63,230 nt of DNA. Source: Octopus bimaculoides. Taxonomy: Eukaryota. This document shows positions 27,088-39,455 of this stretch, piece after piece. The notes beneath the pieces were generated by a model that searched no databases, was not told the origin of the DNA, and was given only the letters and a program-made list of their open reading frames with translations. The stretch's first letter is position 1; each line of letters opens with the position of its first letter. The position numbers and the translations under genes are program-made. Location of the stretch: the NCBI RefSeq assembly GCF_001194135.2, contig NC_069000.1:14011070-14074299 (forward strand). The letters run 5' to 3'.

Positions 27088-27605
27088 CTTTTTCGTTGAG
27101 TTTATGGATGCTGACAGTAATGAGACCAGTTTTGCAATTTCTTTATTCTCCGATATACATTTGTAATAACTTTTGGATAAAAGCTGTACACTGGAAATCT
27201 CTGTAGAGTTATCAGGATCGACTCGACTGTGACTGCTCTTTGTGAATGGGTCACTGTGCACACTTTCTGATAAATCATTGATACTCAGACTTGTTAGTCT
27301 TTCTTGGCTTTCCATAGGAAAAGACACACTTGATATTGCTGCTGCTTCTGTTGCGGATGTTGTTGAAAATGGACCGACAATATTAGTTCCACTTTTCACT
27401 TTGACCTTCAGAAATTTGGGTGATTGTTTCGACCAGTGAGCAACATGTTTATGCACACCAACAATCATATGAACAGCTTTGTTGATGACTTGTTGTATTT
27501 CATCAAGGGCTGGTTGGACAGTAATGCTGGGAATGGTTAGAATAGCATCGGTGCGGAAAAATGGACGGGAATTCTTTTTAGCGCCCTCAGCATATTTCTG
27601 TGATT
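27088..27605 (-). CDS. DNAH5: Dynein HC exon, 518 nt: SQKYAEGAKKNSRPFF...PSITVQPALDEIQQ...SKSYYKCISENKEIAKLVSLLSASINSTKK
   Basis: Acceptor tctttcag, donor GTAAAT, phase 1-0; conserved ends flank a Ser/Thr-rich middle. Confidence 0.9.
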
Positions 27606-28149
27606 CTGAAAGAGATAAATGAATAACTGTTAGAAATTGAAGAATGAACAATGGACAGGAAGGAATTTAGTAAAAAGAAAAGACACAGAGAGATAGACAG
27701 AGCAGCAGAAAGAATGGAGATAGGAAAAAAAGGAAGACTGAAAGATGCACAGATTCAAAGAAAATAGGGTTTGATGAAAGGAAGAATAAGGAAATAAAAA
27801 ATATATTAAGAGGAATTAAAAGAATGCTATTTGCCAACATGATGTGGCTGTCCTGAAAGGGACAATGTTACTGTTGTTTTAGCCCCAAGAAACATCGTTT
27901 CTAGCTGGCTCACAACCTGTGTCCTTATATTTTCAAACAGGGAGCTCAGCACTCCCATCTAGTGCAAAATAATTAAAAAAAACATACAAGTCGAGATAGT
28001 ATCAACTAGCATGAATTTCGATTGCTGAGTATCTTCATGTGGCAAGTTCATGATATTTTGCACAAAACAAAAGACTAACAGCAAATGCATCAAGAGAAGT
28101 AGTGTTCATAAAAATAATGGCATTGGTAAATTGAAGAGAGAGGGGGGGG

Positions 28150-28197
<48 letters not shown>

Positions 28198-29315
28198 GAC
28201 AGAGAAATAACTGAAGGGTATAGTGAGAGGTACATAAGTAAGAAAAGGGACGGGCAAGAAAACATGGAAGGAAGAGGATGCTTTTCTTTTCTTCAAGCTT
28301 TCTTGCTATCCCCTCAAGACAAATAGAAGTGCAGCTTTAATATAGAAGAGTAGAGAAAGGAGTGAGCGACAAAGAGGATAGTAGAGAGACCAAAGAAAGG
28401 TGGGGGAAAAGAAAGCAAAAGAAAGAGAAGATAGGATTGTTAAGTAGGTCATTCTGTCAGTAGTGTGAGACATCTGGCTATTTTCAAACAAGAGTTATTA
28501 AGTTAAGTAATGAGAAAGGTCAAGGTTTAAGGAAGCTGATCAATGGAAATAACAATATCGAAAATTCTATTTCACATATATTGAATATATGTGAAATAGA
28601 ATTAAAGCTAAAAAAAAAACCCCAATCAGAGTATAGAGGTAAAGAGTGCAAGACTGTAGCAGCCACATCTTGTATAAGTCATGTCTATAGAGAAGGGATT
28701 GTGGGATGATGACTGTGATGGTAAATATCCCCTCCAAAGGGAAATTCCCATTGTATACAGGCTGTATTGGGAATTCTAAAACCTACTAAAACCCACCTCT
28801 CTCCAGGTCTGAACACGACTGGTATTTCCCAGAGGGAAAAGAAGAATCAATCTCAGTACTGAATTAGTACTTAATTTATTGATCTTGAAAGAATGAAAGG
28901 CAAAGTTGACCTTGGCAATCAATGTTTGTGCATTTGGTCTGCAGAGATCTGGAATAAATACCACAAAGTATTCCATCTGACAATCTAAACAAAATTCAAT
29001 AGATCAACAGAATAAGAGACTGAAATTTAAAAAAGGGTCAGTTGAATGAGGATATGATAATAGAAAAATTGAATAATGACAAAATCAAATAAAAAAGATG
29101 AGGATCAAATGAAAGAGAAAATGTACAAAACAAATAACTAAACAAATGACAAAAATATATAGGTGCAGGAGTGGCTGTGTGGTAAGTAGCTTGCTTACCA
29201 GCCACATGGTTCCGGGTTCAGTCCCACTGCGTGGCACCTTGGGCAAGTGTCTTCTACTATAGCTTCAGGTCTACCAAAGCCTTGTGAGTGGATTTGGTAG
29301 ACGAAAGAGGCCCGC

Positions 29316-29350
<35 letters not shown>

Positions 29351-31103
29351 NNNNNNNNNNNNNNNNNNNNNNNNNNNNNNNNNNNNNNNNNNNNNNNNNN
29401 NNNNNNNNNNNNNNNNNNNNNNNNNNNNNNNNNNNNNNNNNNNNNNNNNNNNNNNNNNNNNNNNNNNNNNNNNNNNNNNNNNNNNNNNNNNNNNNNNNNN
29501 NNNNNNNNNNNNNNNNNNNNNNNNNNNNNNNNNNNNNNNNNNNNNNNNNNNNNNNNNNNNNNNNNNNNNNNNNNNNNNNNNNNNNNNNNNNNNNNNNNNN
29601 NNNNNNNNNNNNNNNNNNNNNNNNNNNNNNNNNNNNNNNNNNNNNNNNNNNNNNNNNNNNNNNNNNNNNNNNNNNNNNNNNNNNNNNNNNNNNNNNNNNN
29701 NNNNNNNNNNNNNNNNNNNNNNNNNNNNNNNNNNNNNNNNNNNNNNNNNNNNNNNNNNNNNNNNNNNNNNNNNNNNNNNNNNNNNNNNNNNNNNNNNNNN
29801 NNNNNNNNNNNNNNNNNNNNNNNNNNNNNNNNNNNNNNNNNNNNNNNNNNNNNNNNNNNNNNNNNNNNNNNNNNNNNNNNNNNNNNNNNNNNNNNNNNNN
29901 NNNNNNNNNNNNNNNNNNNNNNNNNNNNNNNNNNNNNNNNNNNNNNNNNNNNNNNNNNNNNNNNNNNNNNNNNNNNNNNNNNNNNNNNNNNNNNNNNNNN
30001 NNNNNNNNNNNNNNNNNNNNNNNNNNNNNNNNNNNNNNNNNNNNNNNNNNNNNNNNNNNNNNNNNNNNNNNNNNNNNNNNNNNNNNNNNNNNNNNNNNNN
30101 NNNNNNNNNNNNNNNNNNNNNNNNNNNNNNNNNNNNNNNNNNNNNNNNNNNNNNNNNNNNNNNNNNNNNNNNNNNNNNNNNNNNNNNNNNNNNNNNNNNN
30201 NNNNNNNNNNNNNNNNNNNNNNNNNNNNNNNNNNAAGCTACCCCCATTTTTGCAGCTGGCCGCCAACACTTTTTTCTGAAAAAATAGGGGTAGCTTATCC
30301 TGTTCAGGCTATATTATTAGCATTATCCTGCATTTGAGAATTTAAAATCACTTCTTTAACTTTCTAAGACATCTCAACGCTTCTAAAAGCAAACATCGTT
30401 TGTTTCTTTACGTTCATCGTAATTTGAATTTATATATTATAAAATATATTATATTTGATATATTAAAAAAGTTGTTTAGATTGAATGAATCACATTATGT
30501 TAGGCAGAAGCATATCTAGAACTTATAGTCAATAGCAATAAGTTTTAATCACTTGACTACTACAAGAGACTTTCTGTTCATCCAAGAAGAACAGATTCAT
30601 GATTGAGTGCTCGCTGATCAAATTGAACTTATAAATGATGAATAAAAATGCCATCATATCATTTTTAAAGCTCTAGCTAAACAGCGCCACACAAGAATAA
30701 AATGACCATAATTAAATAAGAGATGTGTGGTCCAGTATTTAGGGTGCTGCATTTGTGATTGTAAGATTGTGGTTTCAATACCTGGACTGTGTAGTACATT
30801 GTGTTCTTGAACAAAAGATTTCATTTCATATTGCTCCAGCTGTAATTGTATTCCAGCCATACCTTGGAAAGTAAGGCTGCAAGCTGGTAGAATCGTTAGC
30901 ACACTGGGCAAAATGCTTAGTGGCATTTCATCCATCTTCACATTCTAGGTTCAAATTCCACTGAGGTCGACTGTGCCTTTCATCTCTTCAGGGTCAATTG
31001 AACAAGCACCAGTCAAACACTGGGGTTGATCTAATCGATTTATCCTCTCCCTGAAATTGATGGCCTTGTACCAAAACTTGAAACCAATATCAAGGAAAGT
31101 AAC

Positions 31104-31396
31104 CTTACAATGTACAGGTGTCCTATTTAGAAGTGTTTGTAATCTCTGTCACTTATACACCATAGAAACCAGGACAAACTTCAGCTTTATGAATTTTAGA
31201 ACTCTTGACCAACCCAAGTCTTAGTAATCAAACGAAACTACATCTAAACTTACAATGGACGGGTGTCCTGTTTAGAAGTGCTTGTAATCTCTGTCACTTA
31301 TACACCATAGAAACCAGGACAAACTTCAGTTTTATGAATTTTAGAACTCATGACCAACCCAAGTCTTAGTAATCAAACGAAACTACATCTAAACTT
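31104..31396. repeat. 145-bp direct tandem duplication (2 copies)
   Basis: CTTACAATG..GGTGTCCT.TTTAGAAGTG at 31104 and 31249. Confidence 0.9.
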
Positions 31397-31458
31397 GTTG
31401 AAGTTGATTGCAACTTATTCAATATTCATATGAATCAGTATGGATAGTAGTGTCATAC

Positions 31459-31594
31459 TTTCAGTGTTGGTGCTTTCTTCCCCATATTCCTCCTCCTGGG
31501 GTTTATCACATAAAACAGTGATCAACTCATTGACAGCATTTTCAAGGTTCTGGCTTTTGTGGCTCAAACTTTGGGCCCCTTGTGCACATAAAAA
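31459..31594 (-). CDS. DNAH5: Dynein HC exon, 136 nt: FLCAQGAQSLSHKSQNLENAVNELITVLCDKPQEEEYGEESTNTE
   Basis: Acceptor aattgcag; KS...E.AVNEL motif. The donor GTATGA (phase 1) is the best candidate, but the 3' boundary falls in a variable acidic linker and is less certain. Confidence 0.8.
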
Positions 31595-31825
31595 CTGCAA
31601 TTAAAAGATAAAGAATAAAATGCTACATCGTTGTGTAAAGTAATGTTTTCTTAACAAACATAAAGGTGCAGATATGAGTGTGTGATTAAGAAGCTTGCTT
31701 TGTGATCATGTGGTTTCAGGTTCAGTCCTACTGCATGGCTCCTTGGGCAAGTGTCTTCTACTATAGCCCAGGGCTGACCAATGCCTTGTGAGTAAATTTG
31801 GTAGATGGAAACTGCAAAGAAGCCC

Positions 31826-31860
<35 letters not shown>

Positions 31861-31940
31861 ATGTGTATTTGTGTGCATACGTGCATGCATGTGTGTTATG
31901 TGAAAGAAAAGGAATAAATGGAAGGTAAACTAAATTATAC

Positions 31941-32258
31941 CTGTGTTTTTTCCATGAAATATTTCACAGACCACGGTTCAACTTCTGGCAGTTCACAAAG
32001 CTTAACTTGACTTATATCAAGTAAATTAGCTTCAATTCTAAACTCACAGATATCGGTTACTCTGTCCAAAAGCAACGTAAATAACTTTAAAGCGTGCTCA
32101 ACGTTTTCTAAGTATTCGTTTATACCGATGGCTGTCCATGTGAGTGTTGTCAATCCTGGTTCTATAGCTTTGTCAACTCTTGCTATATGTACTTGCATTA
32201 AGGGCTCAAGTACACTTGGAAATTTGCTTCGAATGTTGTTGTTCTCCTTTAGCATAAG
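31941..32258 (-). CDS. DNAH5: Dynein HC exon, 318 nt: LMLKENNNIRSK...IEPGLTTLTWT...LCELPEVEPWSVKYFMEKTQ
   Basis: Acceptor tttacag, donor GTATAA; PGL..LTWT and LC.LP..EPW motifs. Confidence 0.95.
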
Positions 32259-33539
32259 CTGTAAATCAGGAAAGTTGATAGTTAATGGAAAAAAAATATG
32301 CACATTCTTAGGATTAAGTCTCAACTCTCTTCAATGTTTGTGATTATTTTAAATAAAAGAAACTTTGAATGACTACCAGACAAAATAAGAATTTCTCTGC
32401 TTTCATCCATTTGTTTTTTTGTTTTTTTTTGTTTTTAGAACAAGATTTGCTTTGAATAAGAAGCCCTATAATCAAAGGCATTCCTACCATGACAATTCCA
32501 TCATTTTTCAGGCATTGTGTACTCCAAACTATATTATCTAATGTGTCCCTTGAGATGGTAGGGTGTATTATTTGAAGTAGATTTGGCTGCTATGTTAGCA
32601 GGTTGAATCATCACATAAAGGTTCACTTGACAATGGTGGTAGTTGTTAGTCTGGTAGTGATAGTATTTAAACCTCAGAATGGGCCATTTTGTATACTTGC
32701 TTGATCTGTTCTGTGTAACTGCCGAACATCTTTCAACAAACTCACTACTATTAAAATATTTTCACTTCAATCTACATTCTTAGAACAATATGCCATAATA
32801 AAAATTGGACTGCCACAGATAATAACACTAACCAAAAGGGGAAATGAAACTGAACCCAAAATTCATGCTGTACACATAAAGGTACATGGCCTAGTGGATA
32901 GACTGTTTGACTCATGATTGTAGGTTCTGAGTTCAATTCCAAGACATGGTGACATGTCTTTTTGGATAAGGAACTTCATTTCACATTATTCTAGTTCACT
33001 AAGTTGAACATTAGTTGTATCTGCTGTATTGTGTAAAATCTTTCAGAATACAGAACCCTGTTCATATTGGAGTTGTTTGATAAAAATTGCCACAAGAAGT
33101 TAACAAGCCCTGTATACTATATAATAAAGACTTTATTCAACAACTCATGATACAGCTCAACCTATGGCTTAAATAATGGAAAGGGTTTATCCACCATGCT
33201 AAAGGTTGTGGTATGTGGCTAAGTAGTCAGGGTGTTGGACACATGATTGTAAGGTTGCAGTTTTGATTCCTGGACCAGGCAACATGTTGTGTTTTTGAGC
33301 AAAATACTTCATTTCATATTGCTCCAGTCCATTCAGCTGGCAAAAATGAGTAATCTTGTGACAAACCAGTGTCCTATCAAGGTGGGGAATATATACACCA
33401 TGGTAACCGTAAAACCAACCCTTGTGAGTCAGTATGACTTGAGAAGGTAACTTTCGCCTTTTAACTTTTACCATGTTAAAGAATGCAATAAGATAATGAT
33501 TTAAGAAAACTAAATTCTGAAATCTCCTACAAGATCCAG

Positions 33540-33760
33540 TCCTTGCCGCCGTGGGGTAGCTTGTGTGCCACAATGATCCTGAGATCTATGCCGGTGAAGC
33601 ACAAGCTCTTGGCAGAGCCTCCCGTGCTGGACAGGTCAAAGGATAGAGGCTAGACTAATCTGGACTATCTCTTCCCAGAGGTAAAAAATGGGTTTGTACA
33701 GAGTCAACACCCCTACCTTGAAAAAAGCGAAGTTACAGAATCATCGATGACAATTTAAGA
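33540..33760 (+). mobile_element. RTE LINE 5' UTR-like fragment
   Basis: CCTTGCCGCCGTGGGGTAGCTTGTGTGCCACAATGATCCTGAGATCTATGCC...GGACAGGTCAAAGG resembles the recalled RTE/BovB 5' end (CCTTGTCGTGG..GGGGCTTGCGT..CAATGA...GAGCTATGCC...GGACAGGTCA). Confidence 0.6.
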
Positions 33761-34436
33761 TCTGGAAAAGGAAATGCCTTTCCTTAGGGAAGTATATTAA
33801 GATTCCCCCAACACTCATACAGAGGAAGTGGCCCTGACAATCCAGAGTTGAGAACAGTAGAGAAAAGCCATCAATGGCCTATACTCCTAAGAGAGCAAAG
33901 GGCTCAAGTAAACAAGGAAAAAGTTGAAATGATCTAATATATGCAATAATCTACTAATTAAACCTTTTCTTAATTATTTATAATATTTATACACTTTTTT
34001 AAACTATTACTCATCCTACAGTGATGTAGTGAAGTAAGTTTCTTCTTCTTTTAATTGAAAAACTATCAGATATAAGGGATTTTGATGTTGCTCCCACTAC
34101 TTGGATGAATGAGTTTGTATAGTGATGAACAACCAACTCATTTCATAATCATTCCTCCCCACAACAACAACCCTCTGGAAATCCCCTTTCCTTTCACCTT
34201 TTTTTTTTTTTTTTATTCCAACAGAAATCCACCAACTGAAGCTGAAACTGAACTCTTCAGTTTCATCAATCATACAGTTCTAGAAAAGCCTGTGAAAATC
34301 AAGGGCAATACACTGGGTGAAAGCTAAAATAAATGTCAGTGATGACCATCCTTTATTATGTCCCTACTAATACGACCAACTGACCCCCGTTATTAAAATG
34401 AAAGTGTCTGATTAAAAATAGCAATGATAAGCATAC

Positions 34437-34643
34437 TTCTAAACCATTACATATCTTCTTATATTCTTCTTGCCTGGATCGCAGAATACAAGCAAAAGGT
34501 GGAATTATGTATCCAAGGCGAGCCATACATTCCGTTTCCCTGATCATCATCATAACTTTGGAATCAAAATTTACAAATAATTCCTTAGTTTTAGGATGGC
34601 GTACCAACAAAGGAGACTGGAGTTTCTCCTTTACAGATTCCAC
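34437..34643 (-). CDS. DNAH5: Dynein HC exon, 207 nt: VESVKEKLQSPLLVRHPKTKELFVNFD...IRETECMARLG...NGLE
   Basis: Acceptor ttttcag, donor GTATGC, phase 0-0. Confidence 0.95.
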
Positions 34644-34741
34644 CTGAAAAAGAGAGGATGAAAGACAGTTGATTAAGAGAAAAGGAAATATTGTGACAAA
34701 GACAGAGAATCCCTAAAAAATGGGAATTTAATTTTATAATT

Positions 34742-35035
34742 GTGATCGTTGCCAGTGCCGATGGACTGGCTCCTGTGCAGGTGGCACGTAAAATACACCA
34801 TTTCGAGCATGGCCGTTGCCAGTACCGCCTGACTGGCCATCATGCCGGCGGCACGTAAAAGCACCCACTACACTCTCGGAGTGGTTGGCATTAGGAAGGG
34901 CGTCCAGCTGTAGAAACTCTGCCAGATCAGATTTGAGCCTGGTGTAGCTATCTGGTTTCACCAGTCCTCAGTCAAATCGTCCAACCCATGCTAGCATGGA
35001 AAGCGGATGTTAAACAACGATGATGATGATGATGA
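34742..35035 (+). mobile_element. Interspersed repeat family C ending in (GAT)n (SINE or LINE 3' tail)
   Basis: ...CATGCTAGCATGGAAAGCGGACGTTAAACGATGATG. Same-orientation copies at 22762-22867 and 52125-52275; opposite-orientation copies at 3968-4275, 7455-7622, 8305-8725, 17358-17590 and 37770-38215. Confidence 0.85.
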
Positions 35036-35873
35036 ATTGTGATATTAATTTAACTGTAGTGATAATGAGGTTTCTAATCTAGGAACAAAGTCAGCAAATT
35101 TTTTAATGGAGGGATATTCAATACCATCAAATCCGGTACTAGACTGGTATTTTGTTTCATTTGCTGTAATAATGGCCAATAAGAGATACATAGAGACAAA
35201 TGATAATGACACAGAGAGGCAGATATAAACAGAAGGGTATTAAAAAACATCTAATTGTAGTAATCCAAATTATAAATCAATTATTTAGCTTAGGAACAGA
35301 CACAGTTGTGTGAATGGAAGTTAGTATAATTTAGTAAATTAATAACCACAAGGAGGATGACTTATAATTGTTACTGGCACATTTAAGCTTAGAATGGTAA
35401 CATACAAAATTAGTTACTAAGTCCAGTGTTCCATTCTCTATTCAGTATAGAAATCCATACATAACTGATTCATTGAAGGAAATTATACAAATGACTCCAG
35501 CTTCTTATGAAGTATATGCAGATGTTGTGGTCATGTAACATTAATTAAATGATATAAAAATCAGTGAGAGATTAAGTGTCTTTAGAAGAGTCCTCTCTGT
35601 TGCAAGCTTCCAGCTTCTTATGAAAATATCTACCAAGTATATGCAGAGACTGGCCATGTAACATTAATTAAATGATATATAAACAAGTGAGAGATAAAGT
35701 GTCTTTAAAAGAGTCCTCTCAGTTGCAAGCATTCAGAGAATGTCTCTGAAGATAAACACCTCCCTTCCTCCTACCAATCCCTGAAGCCCTAAAAATGGTC
35801 CTGGGATCTACCCTTTCTTCTATGACCAAACATTAGAAAAACATTAATTTGAAGAGTATCTTCAGTAATTACT

Positions 35874-36092
35874 CTTACTCTTTACTCTTTTACTTGTTTC
35901 AGTCATTTGACTGTGGCCATGCTGGAGCACCGCCTTTTAGTCAAGCTAATCGACCTAAGGACTTATTCTTTGTAAGCCTAGTACTTATTCTATCAGTCTC
36001 TTTAGCCAAACCGCTAAGTTACGGGGACGTAAACACACCAGCATCAGTTGTCAAGCGACGTTAGGGGGACAAACACAGACACACAAACACAT

Positions 36093-36130
<38 letters not shown>

Positions 36131-36305
36131 CTATATATACATATATACGACGGGCTTCTTTCAGTTTCCGTCTACCAAATCCACTCACAAGGCATTGGTT
36201 GGCCCGAGGCTATAGTAGAAGACACTTGCCCAAGGTGCCATGCAGTGGGACTGAACCCGGAACCATGTGGTTGGTAAGCAAGCTACTTACCACACAGCCA
36301 CTCCT
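35874..36305 (-). mobile_element. tRNA-headed SINE, family A (best-preserved copy)
   Basis: Head GGAGTGGCTGTGTGGTAAGTAGC..GGTTCAGTCCC, internal (TA/CA)n, tail AAGTAAAAGAGTAAAAGAG. Further copies at about 1750-2030(-), 9330-9600(+), 9700-10112(+), 15988-16400(+), 29166-29320(+), 39040-39455(+), 40706-40856(-), 43060-43215(-) and 53220-53500(+). Confidence 0.85.
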
Positions 36306-37542
36306 ATGCCTTTAAAATCAGGGTCCAAATCCCATTTTTTCCTTTTACCCTTCTGGGTTAATAAAATAAGTACAAGTCAGTTAACTACAATCACTTTATC
36401 TTAATATCACTCTTAAAGACATGTAACCTAGTGGTTAGGTTGTTTGGCCTATCACCATAAAGTCATGGGTTCAGTTCCTAGATAGGATAGTACATTGTAT
36501 CCTTGAGCAAGGCACTTAATTTCACAGTGCTCCAGTCTGTTCAGTTGTGATGAGTATCAATTAGGTGCAAGTGTAAACCCGTCTTTCTCCAGTTGTCATG
36601 ACCCAGATTTGATGTCTATGTCTGCTCACAGGCACATAAATCAATCACTGAAAACAGGGTACATTTTACCAAACCATACTCACTCATGAATAGCCAATGG
36701 TTGTACTGTATAGTACTGTATTAATTTTGCTTACAATTGCAGTGTTTCCAATGTCTATGAACAGTAAATTTTGTTCTTATTTTTAATTATCCCACCAAAC
36801 AGTCACAAACTTCACATATTACAATGTTGTAGCTGAATGGCAATGTAATACATCAGATTTATTTACAATTTATTGGTTGTTTATCTGCAACTATAAAATC
36901 TTATATATTTCCTTGAAAATAATTTTTAAAAAGATTAAAAGATTGTCTGTTTAAAGAAAGCTGAAATATAAACACTTACTGTACAAATGACTTACATTTT
37001 TGAAATTACATTCACTTTAAAATATTTCTAAATGATTTGAATATTGCATTTAACAAAACAGAAAATAGAAACATTTACTGTAAAAAAACAACTCGTATCT
37101 TTTCATTGGCAAGTTAAAGTCACTAATGTGTCTAAATGAAAGGTTAGATTTTCTTCCCTTTCAGGGTTAAGTTATTTTCAGAGTATTTTCAGATTATGCA
37201 CCGTTTTAGGTGCAAAATCTCCAATATCTCAAGAACCACTGGTCTGATTTACATGAAACGTGTTTTATTCTGTTTGTATTCACATTTTAGGCGGACCTTA
37301 GTTCATAGTATTTTCCTATTATGTGCCAGTTTGGCTGTGTAACATTGCAAGCAAGCAAGATTGAAGTTCATTTTTAATGTAATATAGATGTTCATATGAA
37401 TATCTCCATAATCCCAAAGATCTACATTTATTCACTCTTTAGCAACTAAAAGTTAGACAAGGTAGCAAGGTTTAGAGAATTAGAGCATTATTTCTAATCA
37501 AATCAGATAAAACTAATTGAATGAAAGGAAGAAATTATTTAC

Positions 37543-37721
37543 CTGATGTAGCCATTCTCTATAGTAAAGAATTTCAAATTCAAGTAAAACTTTGGTCATT
37601 CTGTTGTATTTCACAATAATAGCTTTAGACTCTTCACATTGCAAAATAGCACTATGTTGCTTGAAATCTTCCATGGGCTCTTGTAGATGAGAGAAAAGTT
37701 GCCTAGCCCAAGACATTTTTC
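37543..37721 (-). CDS. DNAH5: Dynein HC exon, 179 nt: GKMSWARQLFSHLQEPM...KYNRMTKVLLEFEILYYREWLHQ
   Basis: Acceptor attccag, donor GTAAAT, phase 1-0; GK..WARQL and YN...VLLEFE motifs. Confidence 0.95.
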
Positions 37722-38518
37722 CTGGAATACAAATTATTAGTGAATAATTTATGAATTATCAATTTACTATCATCATCATCATGGGTTGGACGGTTTGACT
37801 GGGGACTAGTGAGCTGGATGGCTGCACCAGGCTCCAATCTGATCTGGCAGAGTTTCTACAGCTGGATGCCCTTCCTAACGCCAACCACTCCGAGAGTGTA
37901 GTGAGTGCTTTTACGTGCCACCAGCACGAGGGCCAGTTAGGCGGTACTGGCAACGGCCACGTTTAAATGGTGTTTTCCATGTGCCACTGGCACAAGTGCC
38001 AGTAAGGCGACACTGGTAACGATCACGCTCGAATGGTATTTTTTACGTACCACCAGCACGGAGGCCACACAGCAGCCCTGGCCACAATCATGCTCGGATG
38101 GGGCTCTTAGCGCTCCACTAGCATGGATGCCAGTCATGCGGTGCTGTCATCGAATTCGATTCCAATTTCACTTGCCTCAACAGGTCTTCACAAGCATAGT
38201 TTAGTGTCCAATGAAAGAAAGGTATGCCTAAATGGGCTGGTTACACCACTAGCATAGGCCACAAGTTATGGTCTCACTTGGCCTGCCGGGTCTTCTCAAG
38301 CACAGCATATTTCCAAAGGTCTCAGTCACAAGTCATTGCCTTGGTGAGGCCTAATGTTTGAAATTCCCATAAAATTTACTTTTCTCAAGACCAAAAGCAC
38401 TGAGCTATCATCAGTATGTTTTCTAAAGTGAACTATCATGTGAATTACAGATATTAAATATTCAATTAGCAAAAATAAAAAAAAAAATAAAAAAAACAAA
38501 TATCATAAATAATATCAC

Positions 38519-38747
38519 CTGCAAATAGAGGATAATCTCTGGTAACTGGTGGATTATTTTTGTACTTTTGATAAAGTCGTGTAACCATTTCAATATCTTT
38601 TACATAGTGTAGTAATATTTGCTGATATTTTTCTTGAATGCCTAAATTAGGAAGTTTTAGTAGTTCAAATTTCTGCAACATTTGCAAAGCCAATTGAGAA
38701 CTGTTGTGACTTTCAAATCTCTTTTCCATGAAATCAGCAACAGACAT
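38519..38747 (-). CDS. DNAH5: Dynein HC exon, 229 nt: MSVADFMEKRF...LKLPNLGIQEKY...NNPPVTRDYPLFA
   Basis: Acceptor aatttcag, donor GTGATA, phase 0-1. Confidence 0.93.
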
Positions 38748-39039
38748 CTGAAATTAAAAAAAAAAGAAACTGTCCCACCTGTGCAAACATGGATAGTGAA
38801 TATGTTATGACTTTTATTGGGATAGATTTTCTACAGCTGGAATATCATTGCTGTTGCCAACCTTCACTTGTTTCGAAGCAAAGTAATATTTCACCATGGC
38901 CAGACATATTCTTGTGGAATACTGTAAATGAATGACACCATTTGTATGACAGTGTCAATCATTTTACAACTGTCACATGATGTCAAGAATAGAAAACGGA
39001 AAGGTACATACATACACACACATATACAAATATATATGT

Positions 39040-39195
39040 GATGTGCATGGTTGTGTGGAAAAAAGCTTGCTTCCCAACCAGATGGTACCAGGTTCAGTCC
39101 CACTGCATGGTGCCTTGGACAAGTCTTCTATGATAGACTCAGGCCAACCAAAGACTTGTGAGTGGATTTGATAGTCAGAAACTGAAAGAAGCCCA

Positions 39196-39246
<51 letters not shown>

Positions 39247-39455
39247 TTTGTGTCTGTGTTTGTCCCCACCCCCCATCACCACTTGACAACTGGTGTTGGT
39301 GTGTTAATGTCCTCATAACTTAGCAGCTTGGGAAAAGATACCAATAGAATTAGTACTAGGCTTAAAAATAAATCCTGGGGTTGATTTGCTTGACTAAAAC
39401 CCTTTAAGGAAGTGCTCCAGCATGGTAACAGTCAAATGTTACTGAAGCAAGTAGA
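39040..39455 (+). mobile_element. SINE family A copy
   Basis: Collinear with the reverse complement of 35874-36305. Confidence 0.85.

Noticed and set aside
27980-28140. Candidate for the missing dynein exon
   Set aside because: Minus-strand frames have stops or no similarity to the FNH..DALL..TRNTL segment.
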